A stretch of DNA of 64,000 nt from a virus: IMG/VR virus record IMGVR_UViG_3300027659_000010; one strand, 5' to 3'. Below, in pieces: positions 1 to 10,030 of this stretch. The translations under genes were made by a program, and so were the position numbers. Each line of letters begins with the position of its first letter. Position 1 is the stretch's first letter. Under the pieces are notes generated by a model, which made no database searches, was not told where the DNA came from, and saw only the letters and a program-made list of their open reading frames with translations.

Positions 1-342
1 TGTGCCAACCCATGCTCCAGTTACAGGAATGTTACCGTCCATTTGGAATCCAGCATTGTTGTTACCGTATAACTTGAACTTCGTTCCGTCTGCGTTATCT
101 ATACGAACAGCCCAACCCTCATAGGGCGAACCTGGTGTTAGATAATCGTATGCAGAGTTAAATGTTCCAGTACCAGTGTTATCGTACTGTAGTCCTGGAT
201 TGGTGTTTCCTCCACTTCCCAGCGTACCTGTGGACTCATTCACTCCTGCTTTTATAAATTCATTTACTAATATTTCATTTCCTGCCAATGCCGACGCTGA
301 TAGCATAGCGGCAACTATTGTTGCAATTAATTGTTTTTTCAT
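1..342 (-). CDS. Secreted protein, N-terminal part only (possibly autotransporter/adhesin-like); continues off the window
   Basis: Not in ORF track. Manual translation MKKQLIATIVAAMLSASALAGNEILVNEFIKAGVNESTGTLGSGGNTNPGLQYD... has a Sec signal peptide and stays open to base 1; GGAGCGAA RBS. Confidence 0.75.
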   Translation of the reverse strand, partial: MKKQLIATIVAAMLSASALAGNEILVNEFIKAGVNESTGTLGSGGNTNPGLQYDNTGTGTFNSAYDYLTPGSPYEGWAVRIDNADGTKFKLYGNNNAGFQMDGNIPVTGAWVGT

Positions 343-422
343 TTTCGCTCCCCAACTTTATTATTGTTATAGGTGTTGGATATAATTATTTACAGCGGTA
401 TCACTGAAATAAAAATGCTGAG

Positions 423-1526
423 TTAATTCTGTGTAACGATTATTGTGCTGGTACTTCCTTTATTGACATTTTGTATTATGGTCTGGCCGTCTTGTATCAG
501 AGTAAAGGTAACATTCTTTGTGGTATCAAATGTGGCAGTGGCGTTGTGTGTTCCAGCTTTGTACAATGTGACTTTGCTTTGATCGTCATTGAAATAATAT
601 AACAGGCCCAATGACTTGTTAGATGCATACCCCGGCAACACTGGTATGTCTAGTTCATCGTTGAGCAATGATGCGTTCTGTCTGTCTAATTCGTTCAATG
701 CGTTGTAGGCCAATAGGTCAGTGTTAAGGTCGTTTCGATCCAAGGCCTTGTTGTCATCTAATTTGTTTTCTTCTAGTGCATTATATTTTAACAGGTCTAT
801 ATCTAGTAAATTGAAATCTAATAATCCTTTTTCTTTCTTGTTTATTCCTGCTCGAACATCTTCTTGTATTTCTTGTGGTTTACTTATGATCAGCATGTTG
901 TTGATATTAGCCTGATCAATTTTAATTACCACAGGGTCGCTAGGACGTTGATAGGCGCTGTTTACCAGCGTGGCCTGGAACGGCACATCTAACACCACTA
1001 CCCCTGCTAGGCTACTGACTTCGATTACTCCAGTAACACAACCTCCTCGGGCATCACAACTGGGCAGCAGCATGACCAAGCTGCGCCCTAGTTCATCTAC
1101 GGTCATAGAAAAGTCTGTACCTCGAACAGCGATGGTAGCCGTAGGAGTTTTAATTGCCACCTGCTGAGGATTATTTTTGGCGATTTGTCCACTGGCATAC
1201 CTAGCTGTGCCCAAGGCCATGTTGATGGCCAATTTGCCAGAACCTTTCTTGGGATCGTAGACAAAATCATCTATGATCATTTTTGAATGCTCTGTGAGTT
1301 TTACTTTGGTCGCGTCCTCAAAGGTCAGCTCTGCCCGGGCCTTGGCTGTGCTGACCGCATCATTCATTTTCACGGCCGTGTTAAGGCTAGAAGATATGCT
1401 CTTCTTGTCTCTTATTATCTCAGTCGGTCCGGTCTGTTCAGTAACTTTACCAACAGTAGCCCAACTGTTAATCGGACTGAGTAACGATAACGTTGTTATT
1501 AGAACCGTTGCTGGTAATAACCGCAT
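423..1526 (-). CDS. FecR-domain periplasmic protein
   Basis: Signal peptide; FecR-like motifs LTFEDATKVKLTEHS and IKTPTATIAVRGTDF. Confidence 0.8.
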   Translation of the reverse strand: MRLLPATVLITTLSLLSPINSWATVGKVTEQTGPTEIIRDKKSISSSLNTAVKMNDAVSTAKARAELTFEDATKVKLTEHSKMIIDDFVYDPKKGSGKLAINMALGTARYASGQIAKNNPQQVAIKTPTATIAVRGTDFSMTVDELGRSLVMLLPSCDARGGCVTGVIEVSSLAGVVVLDVPFQATLVNSAYQRPSDPVVIKIDQANINNMLIISKPQEIQEDVRAGINKKEKGLLDFNLLDIDLLKYNALEENKLDDNKALDRNDLNTDLLAYNALNELDRQNASLLNDELDIPVLPGYASNKSLGLLYYFNDDQSKVTLYKAGTHNATATFDTTKNVTFTLIQDGQTIIQNVNKGSTSTIIVTQN

Positions 1527-2139
1527 TTTTAGTCATCGCTCCACTTTGTGTTAGTGTCACTGCATTAGCAATACTGATAGTACCGCTGCCAGTAACAGTG
1601 ATCTCACCGTTGTGTGACCCTGCGCCACTTGCAGTATGCGTCACATTGTTGTAATTACCGGTGATAGCAATCTTACTCTGTACCACACCGCCACTGAGGG
1701 TTTGAACTGTATTGTTATTGTTACCGATAATTTCCGATCTAATAATGCTTGCATTACATGTCGAACTCAATGCTGTGCCGCAACCAACAGTTTGATTGTT
1801 GTTGCTGCCGTCTGCGGATATCACTACTGTTGAACCAGTGCCGTTAGATTCGTTGTTGATTATCATCTTTACGGTGTTACTGGCACCAATTTGATTTATG
1901 GTTACATCATTGAGGTCACCCCTAATTATAGCGGCGTCGTCTGTATTACCTGTACCATCAACATTACCGTTCACTAGATTACCAGCACCTGTTTGGGTGA
2001 TAGAAACCGTTGAATTGTCACCAATTTGTTCAACATAAACATCGTTGGCCCACGCTCCCGATGACAGCGTTCCAGCCATCATTAGACTTGCAAGTAATTT
2101 TCTCGACAACCCGCCACCGCCTGTGATTCTTTTTTTCAT
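1468..2139 (-). CDS. Curlin-like (CsgA/CsgB-type repeat) secreted protein
   Basis: Signal peptide; repeated Q-x-G-x-x-N/S beta-arc units (VEQIGDNSTVSITQTGAGN, INQIGASN); adjacent to csgG/csgF. Confidence 0.7.
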   Translation of the reverse strand: MKKRITGGGGLSRKLLASLMMAGTLSSGAWANDVYVEQIGDNSTVSITQTGAGNLVNGNVDGTGNTDDAAIIRGDLNDVTINQIGASNTVKMIINNESNGTGSTVVISADGSNNNQTVGCGTALSSTCNASIIRSEIIGNNNNTVQTLSGGVVQSKIAITGNYNNVTHTASGAGSHNGEITVTGSGTISIANAVTLTQSGAMTKNAVITSNGSNNNVIVTQSD

Positions 2140-2221
2140 TATATTCGCTCCAGATGCAAGTTAAGGTTTATAATGCATCCATATTTTTAGTGTTGTTAAA
2201 TTGTCTCCAATGCTTGACTCA

Positions 2222-3469
2222 TTATGGTTTGTGTTCTGAAAGCACGTCAGTTCGCACATACCCTTTACGCTTCTCCGCGTCCGTTACATAATGCCATCCC
2301 TCCGGTCCTGGAGAAATGATATTAAATTCTGTTCCTTTTTTCAACTGCCAAGTACGTTGGCTTTTTTCATCGGGTTCTTTATACACAAACGAATCTTGTT
2401 TTAGATATCTAGGACTCCATAATGGTGTACTAGTTTTACCACTATCTGGTTGGGTAATCACACCCGTTGGTTGATCTACTTTTTCCTCAACATCTGCTTT
2501 TTTCTCTATTACTGGAATCTGCGGAGGTTGTACAGGAACTACTCTTGAGATTTTTTCAATCGCAGTCTCAACTTTTTGTTCTGGATCTTTATTTTCTTGT
2601 TTCACAGGCTCAACAGTAATAGGTGGTTGCGGAGAGATCGGGGCCTGTGGCACAACTGCTTGATCTTTTTTCTCTTCTATGACCGCAGGTTTTTCTACCT
2701 TGTATCTCCATAGACCTTTCTTTTCACCTTCCACGATCATGTCATAGACCGCCTGTTCAATGGCCACACGCACTGCATAGGTAGTAGGTTCATTCAAGGC
2801 CTGACCATTTTCTAATTCTAATGCTTTGGTTCCTGCATCTACAAACCGTAGAACACCTACGTTATGCTGTGTACTGTAGATGGTTTTGCTCACAGCGTTG
2901 GTCAATAATACTTCTCCACTGTTCACACTGATCAATCTTAGGCTGATAACAATTTCGTCTACGCGATACTGTTGACTGCCTCCAATGCCTAGAAACCTAG
3001 CACCATTACCGCCACTGCGTATATTACTGTCGTAGCCGATGATGCCACCTTCTATCATCACCCCAGCCACCGTCATTGGTTTCAAGGCCTTGGCATCTTT
3101 GCCTTCGTAGACTTCTCGTTGGTTGCGAATCAATTGACGTTCTTTGATAAGGTTGTCTAGGCCCACACGCTCTACTACTTTAAACCAATTCTTTGAGTCT
3201 TGAAGTGATTTGATTAGGAACACTTCGGCACCCTGCGTCACGGCTTTTGAAAACACAGCCAATCTATCATTGGGCTTCATTTGGCCGGTCTTGTCTTGAA
3301 AGCCATAAACAGCAATAGCGATAGGTGGTCCATCCAACGATGGAATCTTTATGGTCAGATTTTCTCGGGGTTTCAGCGCCACAGGTTCTTCCTTGGCGGT
3401 GTCCATGTGTATGGTAGCACAGCCTGATAATGTGCTGACCATCAAGAATGATAACATCAGTCGTTTCAT
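2222..3469 (-). CDS. csgG: Curli secretion channel CsgG-family lipoprotein with Pro-rich linker and C-terminal SH3-like domain
   Basis: Lipobox LSGC; AVYGFQDKTGQ, FSKAVTQG, WFKVVERVGLDNLIKERQLIR, EGGIIGYDSN. Confidence 0.9.
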   Translation of the reverse strand: MKRLMLSFLMVSTLSGCATIHMDTAKEEPVALKPRENLTIKIPSLDGPPIAIAVYGFQDKTGQMKPNDRLAVFSKAVTQGAEVFLIKSLQDSKNWFKVVERVGLDNLIKERQLIRNQREVYEGKDAKALKPMTVAGVMIEGGIIGYDSNIRSGGNGARFLGIGGSQQYRVDEIVISLRLISVNSGEVLLTNAVSKTIYSTQHNVGVLRFVDAGTKALELENGQALNEPTTYAVRVAIEQAVYDMIVEGEKKGLWRYKVEKPAVIEEKKDQAVVPQAPISPQPPITVEPVKQENKDPEQKVETAIEKISRVVPVQPPQIPVIEKKADVEEKVDQPTGVITQPDSGKTSTPLWSPRYLKQDSFVYKEPDEKSQRTWQLKKGTEFNIISPGPEGWHYVTDAEKRKGYVRTDVLSEHKP

Positions 3470-3915
3470 TAGAATGCAAAGCTCGCTATAGGTACAGTGA
3501 TTTCAGTGCGGCTGCCATTGGCTTCGATAATGGTCAGTGTAACATCTGTTCCTGTTTTGACCCAACTTATATTCGTGCCTTGGAAATCCATTGTGCCACT
3601 AGTGGCACCACTGTCAGTGAACATCTGATCAGCTAGTTGTTTGGATAGTTGTGCGTAGATACGTGCTTCTACGTTCACTAGGAATTTTGATAAATTAGTC
3701 TGCTTGGCGGCAGTTTCTGCTTTGAGTAATGCCGCTGATTCCTCAGCTTTTATTTCTTTCTTACGATTTTCTTCTAGTTGATAGATACTTAGTACGTGTG
3801 AACTATATCCATTGCCTGGAATAAAGGCTGGACTTTGGAATTGATGCACTAACTCAGCCTGTACGTGAGCACATGCAAAGATCAGTGCTGCTGACACTAT
3901 GGCTTTCCTACACAT
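3469..3915 (-). CDS. csgF: Curli assembly protein CsgF-like
   Basis: Signal peptide then ELVHQFQSPAF; IYAQLSKQL; directly upstream of csgG. Confidence 0.8.
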   Translation of the reverse strand: MCRKAIVSAALIFACAHVQAELVHQFQSPAFIPGNGYSSHVLSIYQLEENRKKEIKAEESAALLKAETAAKQTNLSKFLVNVEARIYAQLSKQLADQMFTDSGATSGTMDFQGTNISWVKTGTDVTLTIIEANGSRTEITVPIASFAF

Positions 3916-4003
3916 GGTTCGCTCCCGGTAGTTGCTGTTAGTATTTACGTGGGGGGAGGCGGGAATTAAGTGGCGAGTTTAATCTAGATTGAAGGATAAT
4001 TGA

Positions 4004-5098
4004 TTATGGTACCTTGACCTGCATACCATTTTGAGCACCACCATTAAGTCCTATTTTTTGTATGATCATCGATTGTGCAAATTGTTCAGCAGTTTCGATA
4101 TAGATAGTGGTTCCAGAACCTGTATTTATGAACAGTATGCCCTTGAATTCGTCATGTGATTTGTAGTAATCAAATGCATACTTTTTTTGTGCAGCAATAA
4201 ATGAATCGAATAAAACCATACCTTTATTATTTACAGGTGCTACTAGCTGTTGAAGCTCTGCAGGAGTAGCATCAAGATAGATTGAATTAATAATGCCGCT
4301 TAGAGAAGTTCTAATAAATTTTACTACCCCGGCGGCCGGTGCGCCTGCAGCGATTAGTGATGGGCCGAAATTGGTCCAAAAATCTGAAGTTTTGCCAACG
4401 TTTACATTCGATGGTGCAGTTATCGCTGTTTTTAATTTGAGTTTCTTGGGAAGTGCTGCGGCCGCAGTTTTTACCGCGGTTAGAGTAGAGGAACTGTTTC
4501 CATATCCTCTGACTCCTTTTATCCTTCCGCCATTGCCTTTCACCTCGATTAATTTTCCATTTATTACTAAATCACCTGCATCTTTGCTTAACATAATATT
4601 AGGACTACAGATAGCCAAAAACATTTCGCCTGGACCCTTTTGTGTTTTTGTTTTACCTGTTTTAAATAGTCCTTGAATGGCAATCAGCTCTGGAGCAACT
4701 TGTTGATACACATTAGGAAATTGTGTTTGAATTATAGATTCAAGATTTAGTGAAACACCCGGGGATAACAATTTTTTAATATTGATAATTCCTTTTGTTG
4801 CCAGTTCCATAGCAAACCCTTCTTTTTCTTCGTAGGGTGCTTTGGCATCGATTATCGCTCTGGATACAACCGTATGAACTTGTCGCAGATCTTCATCTTT
4901 TTGTAGAATAGTATCTACACCACCACCAATATCTATTTTACGGACATAAGAATAAATCTGATGCAGTTCGTCTATATCGGTTACTGTATCAATTTTAGTA
5001 ATAATTGCTTGTTTGACATTTGACAATGCACTAGGATCTCCAGAATTACTAGCCGCATTAGCACTGATTTTTTCTGATATAAATTCATATTTTCTCAT
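4004..5098 (-). CDS. Hypothetical protein with PD-(D/E)xK-like nuclease motif; candidate internal virion protein
   Basis: GPGE...GDLVINGKLIEVKG; start moved to MRKYEFISE, just after TAAATA. Confidence 0.5.
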   Translation of the reverse strand: MRKYEFISEKISANAASNSGDPSALSNVKQAIITKIDTVTDIDELHQIYSYVRKIDIGGGVDTILQKDEDLRQVHTVVSRAIIDAKAPYEEKEGFAMELATKGIINIKKLLSPGVSLNLESIIQTQFPNVYQQVAPELIAIQGLFKTGKTKTQKGPGEMFLAICSPNIMLSKDAGDLVINGKLIEVKGNGGRIKGVRGYGNSSSTLTAVKTAAAALPKKLKLKTAITAPSNVNVGKTSDFWTNFGPSLIAAGAPAAGVVKFIRTSLSGIINSIYLDATPAELQQLVAPVNNKGMVLFDSFIAAQKKYAFDYYKSHDEFKGILFINTGSGTTIYIETAEQFAQSMIIQKIGLNGGAQNGMQVKVP

Positions 5099-5106
5099 AC
5101 GATTAT

Positions 5107-5787
5107 TTATCGTATTTCTGGGAACAGGCAATCCTGTATAAAATGCTGCACATCGTCCTCACTCAGCCCTAAACTCACCATTACACGCGGTGTATGCGGG
5201 TTTTGCTTCTGATTCTGTGCGTAATAATTCTGTGCTGCCGTGGTGTTTTCAGCCTGACCTAATGTTTCTCCTACCGTGCTGAGATAGTGTTCTATGGTGT
5301 CCTTGGCCATGGCTATGATCTGAGCTAGTTCTTCCTCATTTTGCACATTACCCGCTGCCACCATGCTGGGGCTGAAAATGTTGGTAGCCCACTCGGGTAG
5401 TTCTCGGACTCTTCGCCATTCCAATTGGCTCACATAGTCTGCGAACCACTGCATCATAGGATGATGAGGATCCCCTGCTTTGGAGTAATCGTGAAAACAG
5501 CCTGTGATCTTGTTTTTTCCTGCTATAACATCAAATCCATAGATAGGGCTAGGATCTGTAATGTGTGGAAAAATGCAGCAGTGCATCATCCACAAACTTT
5601 TGGTATCTCTGGCATCTACTACATCTACGTGAGCTCTGCGGTATCGATCGCTGCGCCATACACGGTTTACCCAACCAGGTTGGTTGAACCTTTCCATGCC
5701 AGGTTCATGAACTTCTACTCCGGTTTGATTGAATTTAGTTTCTAGTAGCTGCTGAATTTCAATCAGCGTGTTCCACACTTGGCTCAT
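5107..5787 (-). CDS. Ferredoxin-dependent bilin reductase (PcyX/PcyA-like)
   Basis: RRAHVDVVDARDTKSLWMMHCCIFP, PIYGFDVIAGKNKITGCFHDYS, QKQNPHT; follows heme oxygenase. Confidence 0.85.
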   Translation of the reverse strand: MSQVWNTLIEIQQLLETKFNQTGVEVHEPGMERFNQPGWVNRVWRSDRYRRAHVDVVDARDTKSLWMMHCCIFPHITDPSPIYGFDVIAGKNKITGCFHDYSKAGDPHHPMMQWFADYVSQLEWRRVRELPEWATNIFSPSMVAAGNVQNEEELAQIIAMAKDTIEHYLSTVGETLGQAENTTAAQNYYAQNQKQNPHTPRVMVSLGLSEDDVQHFIQDCLFPEIR

Positions 5788-6319
5788 TGTTGAGATCTCG
5801 CATTATTTTTATGGCCCATTCAAAGGCCACACGAGCTTCATCTCCTAGATCGTCTGTGAGCTCTGCACGAATCTGTTCTTTGAGTCGTTCTGGATCTTTA
5901 AATTTATAAAATCTACCCTGACCCGGCACACGTTTGGCCAAAATCTGTCCACCATAAAGATCGCCCATGTGTCGGCAGTATAAATGTGCTTTGATTAGAT
6001 GCTTACGGGCAGGATCGTGTAACAGTTCTAGAAGATAATGGTGATAGGCCACTGTGCTAGGCAACCATGTGTAACTGTGATCCTTGCCTGCTAGTTCAAC
6101 GAAATCCTGATAGATAGCCCAGGTTCTTTCTATGTCAGGAAGGTTAGCAAAATTACCTTGCAATCTATTACCCATCTCAATAGGATTATAGATCAACACC
6201 ATCTGATATAGGTAGTTGGCATAATCTTCTACAGCAATATTACCGCTGAGTAATTTCTTGGCAAACTCTGAGCGTTCTGCATCTGTGTGCAGGTCTTTGG
6301 TGATGTCTCTTAGGCTCAT
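5759..6319 (-). CDS. hemO: Heme oxygenase (HemO/HO1-like)
   Basis: LRDITKDLHTDAE (proximal His); HLYCRHMGDLYGGQIL signature. Confidence 0.9.
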   Translation of the reverse strand: MSLRDITKDLHTDAERSEFAKKLLSGNIAVEDYANYLYQMVLIYNPIEMGNRLQGNFANLPDIERTWAIYQDFVELAGKDHSYTWLPSTVAYHHYLLELLHDPARKHLIKAHLYCRHMGDLYGGQILAKRVPGQGRFYKFKDPERLKEQIRAELTDDLGDEARVAFEWAIKIMRDLNNEPSVEHAD

Positions 6320-6615
6320 TCCTGCTCCACGGTGATTCGCAATGGCGAACCATTTTGTCTTGCAACGGTAGTGGCTTCAATACCTTTTTGTTCTGCGATT
6401 TCAAAAGGATATATGCCTACTACACAGCTACCAGTTTCGTGTATCTCCAGAGTGATGTCTTTGGCTTTGGATTCTGTGTGTTTGAAAATGCCTGTGAGCA
6501 GTTCTATAACTAATTCCATGGGTGTTTGATCATCATTGAGAAATATCACCTTCCACAAAGCTGGGGGAGCTAATTGAACTGAGGTTTTTTCTTTTACTTC
6601 GATTTCTGTAGACAT
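6316..6615 (-). CDS. clpS: ATP-dependent Clp protease adaptor ClpS
   Basis: WKVIFLNDDQTPMELV, IHETG, EIAEQK. Confidence 0.92.
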   Translation of the reverse strand: MSTEIEVKEKTSVQLAPPALWKVIFLNDDQTPMELVIELLTGIFKHTESKAKDITLEIHETGSCVVGIYPFEIAEQKGIEATTVARQNGSPLRITVEQE

Positions 6616-6643
6616 TTCGAATCCTAGTTTATATCTGTATTTA

Positions 6644-6667
6644 ACAAGAGAGGTTGCCCTCTCTTGT
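6644..6667. terminator. Hairpin between hsp20 and clpS
   Basis: ACAAGAGAGG-TTGC-CCTCTCTTGT perfect 10-bp stem. Confidence 0.55.
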
Positions 6668-6673
6668 ATTATA

Positions 6674-7108
6674 CTACTTCACATCAACAATGTCAATGAC
6701 CTTGGGTTTAGCTGATTCTGGAATGTCTCTGATCAACTTCACAGTCAGCATGCCATTCTTGGTTTCCGCACCCACAACTTCAATGTGTTCGGCCAAAGGA
6801 AATTCTTTGATAAAATCACGAGTTGCAAGGCTGCGATGCAGATACTGCTCTGCCGCATAATCTGTGGTCTGGCTTTCACCCTTGACGATCAGCACATTGT
6901 TTTCAACAGTCACTGAGATCTCGGTCTTATCGAAACCAGTCACTGCCAATTGAATGGCGTATTCGTTTTCGTCTAGTTTAATGATGTTGTGTGGCGGATA
7001 GTTGTTTGATACACTGTTGGCAAATCTGCGTTCCATTTGATCAAACATGGTATCAAATCCCACAAGTGCTCTGCTTAGAGCGTCTATTCTAGCTAATTGA
7101 TTGTTCAT
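6674..7108 (-). CDS. Small heat shock protein (Hsp20/IbpA)
   Basis: NYPPHNIIK, LAVTGF, YLHRSLATRDF, NGML; start set at MNNQL after AGGAGA. Confidence 0.92.
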   Translation of the reverse strand: MNNQLARIDALSRALVGFDTMFDQMERRFANSVSNNYPPHNIIKLDENEYAIQLAVTGFDKTEISVTVENNVLIVKGESQTTDYAAEQYLHRSLATRDFIKEFPLAEHIEVVGAETKNGMLTVKLIRDIPESAKPKVIDIVDVK

Positions 7109-7164
7109 AATAGTCTCCTTATAAAGTAAGAACAATTAGAGGCCTCGAAAGTACCCCTATATGA

Positions 7165-9069
7165 TTAGTCTGCTTTCTTCTCTGTGAAGGTAGCATCAAC
7201 TACATCATCTTGGCCAGGCATCGATCCTGCATCAGCTTGTGCTTGTGCTTGATCTTTGGCCTGCCTTTTTTCCAGCAATGTTTTCATTGCAGGGAAAACT
7301 TTGTTGAGTGCTTCGGTGATTTTTTCTTTGTCATCACCTTTGACTGCTTCTTCTACTTCTTTGATCACAGTTTCAAGTTCTGTAATTTCCGCATCAGTGA
7401 GGTCACTGCGGAATTCTTCGAGATCTTTTTTCACTTCATGGATCTGTGCTTCTGCAGAATTTTTCACATCGATCAATTCACGAGCTTTCTTGTCTGCTTC
7501 AGCATTGAGTTCTGCATCTTTGATCATGGCCTGTATTTCTGCATCGCTGAGCCCACTGTTGGATTTGATAGTGATTTTATTTTCTTTGCCTGTGCTTTTG
7601 TCTTTGGCAGAGATATGCATGATACCATTAGCATCAATATCAAATGTGACTTCGATCTGGGGCTGGCCTCTGCGAGCAGGTGCGATACCTTCTAGATTAA
7701 ATTCACCTAGCAATTTGTTATGCTGCACCAGTTCACGCTCACCTTGGAACACCTTGATGGTCACTGCAGGTTGATTGTCGTCTGCTGTGGAGAATGTCTG
7801 TTGTCCTTTGGTAGGGATAGTGGTGTTTTTCTGTATGATTTTCGTCATCACACCGCCCAGTGTTTCAATACCAAGGCTCAACGGAGTCACGTCCAATAAC
7901 AATACATCTTTACGATCACCACCCAACACTGCACCCTGTATGGCAGCACCTACAGCCACTGCTTCGTCTGGGTTCACATCTCTGCGAGGTGCTTTACCAA
8001 ACAGTGCTTCCACAGCTTCTTGCACCTTAGGCATACGTGTCATTCCACCCACTAGGATAACTTCATCTATGTCAGCAGCAGTGACCCCTGCATCTTTCAT
8101 AGCAGTCTTGCAGGGTTCTATAGAGCGTGTTATCAATTCAGCAACCAAACTTTCTAGTTTGCTGCGAGTGATCTTGATGTTCATGTGACGTGGACCGCTG
8201 GCATCTGCAGTGATATAAGGCAGATTCACATCAGTCTGTGCAGAACTTGAAAGTTCAATCTTGGCTTTTTCTGCTGATTCTTTAAGTCTCTGTAACGCCA
8301 ACATATCTTTAGTCAGATCCACACCCTGATCTTTCTTGAACTCTTCTACCAAATAGTCCATGATGCGTTGATCAAAGTCTTCACCGCCTAAGAATGTATC
8401 TCCATTGGTACTCAATACTTCAATCTGCTTTTCTCCGTCAACGTTAGCAATTTCGATTATAGACACATCAAAGGTACCACCACCTAGATCGTAGACAGCA
8501 ATTTTTCTGTCTGCCTTGTCCTGTTTGTCTACACCATAGCTCAGTGCAGCCGCGGTAGGTTCGTTGATAATACGTAGAACTTCTAGCCCAGCGATCTTGC
8601 CAGCATCCTTGGTAGCTTGTCTTTGGCTGTCATTGAAATAGGCCGGTACAGTGATCACTGCCTGCGTGACTGTGGTTCCAAGATAATCTTCTGCGGTCTT
8701 TTTCATTTTACGCAGAACTTCTGCGGAAATCTGTGGGGGTGCTAGTTCTTTGCCTGCGGCTCGTACCCATGCATCACCATTACTGGCTTCCATGATTTCA
8801 TATGGCATCAAGTCAAGATCTTTTTGTATGGCCTGTTCTTTGAACTTGCGACCAATCAATCTCTTGCTGGCGTAGATTGTGTTTTTTGGATTAGTTACTG
8901 CCTGACGCTTGGCTGATGCACCGACTAACACTTCGTCGTTGGCATATGCCACGATACTAGGTGTAGTTCTAGCACCTTCGTTGTTTTCAATAACTTTGGG
9001 AATTCCGTTCTCGATAACAGCCACGCATGAGTTGGTGGTGCCGAGGTCAATACCGATGATCTTAGACAT
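7165..9069 (-). CDS. dnaK: Chaperone DnaK (Hsp70)
   Basis: [22 protein letters not shown], full-length 634 aa. Confidence 0.98.
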   Translation of the reverse strand: MSKIIGIDLGTTNSCVAVIENGIPKVIENNEGARTTPSIVAYANDEVLVGASAKRQAVTNPKNTIYASKRLIGRKFKEQAIQKDLDLMPYEIMEASNGDAWVRAAGKELAPPQISAEVLRKMKKTAEDYLGTTVTQAVITVPAYFNDSQRQATKDAGKIAGLEVLRIINEPTAAALSYGVDKQDKADRKIAVYDLGGGTFDVSIIEIANVDGEKQIEVLSTNGDTFLGGEDFDQRIMDYLVEEFKKDQGVDLTKDMLALQRLKESAEKAKIELSSSAQTDVNLPYITADASGPRHMNIKITRSKLESLVAELITRSIEPCKTAMKDAGVTAADIDEVILVGGMTRMPKVQEAVEALFGKAPRRDVNPDEAVAVGAAIQGAVLGGDRKDVLLLDVTPLSLGIETLGGVMTKIIQKNTTIPTKGQQTFSTADDNQPAVTIKVFQGERELVQHNKLLGEFNLEGIAPARRGQPQIEVTFDIDANGIMHISAKDKSTGKENKITIKSNSGLSDAEIQAMIKDAELNAEADKKARELIDVKNSAEAQIHEVKKDLEEFRSDLTDAEITELETVIKEVEEAVKGDDKEKITEALNKVFPAMKTLLEKRQAKDQAQAQADAGSMPGQDDVVDATFTEKKAD

Positions 9070-9146
9070 GTTCTATCTCCTTTAAAGTAAGATCTATTTG
9101 AGCACTATGCTCTATGAACTGCCCTTAACGGTACAATTCACAATTT

Positions 9147-9154
9147 TATTTATA
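9147..9154 (-). promoter_or_regulatory. T4-type late promoter upstream of dnaK
   Basis: Exact TATAAATA on minus strand, about 80 nt upstream of dnaK. Confidence 0.6.
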
Positions 9155-9439
9155 TCAGATATTCTCTAAATTCTGAATATTTGACCATTTTTTAAGTTTT
9201 TCGATTTTAGCAGCCTGGGCTCGCTCAATATTGGTATATGACACAATATCCATGCTGTGCAGAATATCGATCATAGCCATCATATCGCCTAGCTCTTCTT
9301 CCAAGTGTTGCCTGTTAGTTTTAGGTTTACCTGGCTTGAAATTATCCAAACCGAAGCGGCTGATTTTGCTTACTGCTTGAATTACTTCTGCACATTCTTC
9401 TTGTAGAATGTCCATTACTTCTTTTGTCTGACTGTCCAT
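9155..9439 (-). CDS. MazG-like NTP pyrophosphohydrolase
   Basis: LQEECAEVIQA...LEEELGD acidic helices. Confidence 0.75.
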   Translation of the reverse strand: MDSQTKEVMDILQEECAEVIQAVSKISRFGLDNFKPGKPKTNRQHLEEELGDMMAMIDILHSMDIVSYTNIERAQAAKIEKLKKWSNIQNLENI

Positions 9440-9442
9440 ATA

Positions 9443-10024
9443 TTACCTTTGATTTGCAAATGGTGCAATATAATTACCGTTGCTCATTGTACTGGTACGC
9501 AGAGCTTTATAGACATTTTGTACTCCTACTGCTTGATTCCAAGCGTCTTCTAAGGCATGATGTTTCAGCACAGGAGGACGATTGGGATTGATACCTATGT
9601 CAAAGATAGTACGTGTGTCGCGAACTTCCCAGAACTGCCAAGGAATAGCTTTGCCGATTTTACGGAAGTACCATTCTAGAATAGTAACGTCAAATCCTGC
9701 ACCATGACTCCATACACGTTTAGCACCCCAGCAAAATTTGTAAAGTTGTGCTATTGCATCTTCTACTGGGATTCTATTTGCGGGATCAAAGGCTTCGTCT
9801 TGCGCACTCTGACTTTGCGAAGCCCACCAATCTAAGGTAGCCTGTGAAACTGTGGCTCCGATACGATCACAACTATCAACATCAACACGGACATAAAATT
9901 TCTCACATTTCTTTTCGTTCACGTCGTCACCGAACGGATCAAATTTGACTGCTCCGATGGTAAGGATTGTGGCTGAAGGGAGAACGTCAAGTGTTTCCAA
10001 GTCTATCATAATATCTGTTTGCAT
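9443..10024 (-). CDS. 3'-5' exonuclease (DEDDh, Rv2179c-like)
   Basis: MIDLETL, WSHGAGFD, RDTRT, HHALEDA. Confidence 0.85.
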   Translation of the reverse strand: MQTDIMIDLETLDVLPSATILTIGAVKFDPFGDDVNEKKCEKFYVRVDVDSCDRIGATVSQATLDWWASQSQSAQDEAFDPANRIPVEDAIAQLYKFCWGAKRVWSHGAGFDVTILEWYFRKIGKAIPWQFWEVRDTRTIFDIGINPNRPPVLKHHALEDAWNQAVGVQNVYKALRTSTMSNGNYIAPFANQR

Positions 10025-10030
10025 ACAGTT

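Noticed and set aside
7210-8188. Plus-strand ORFs antisense to dnaK and similar shadow ORFs throughout
   Set aside because: Antisense shadows of real genes, with no RBS or recognisable motifs
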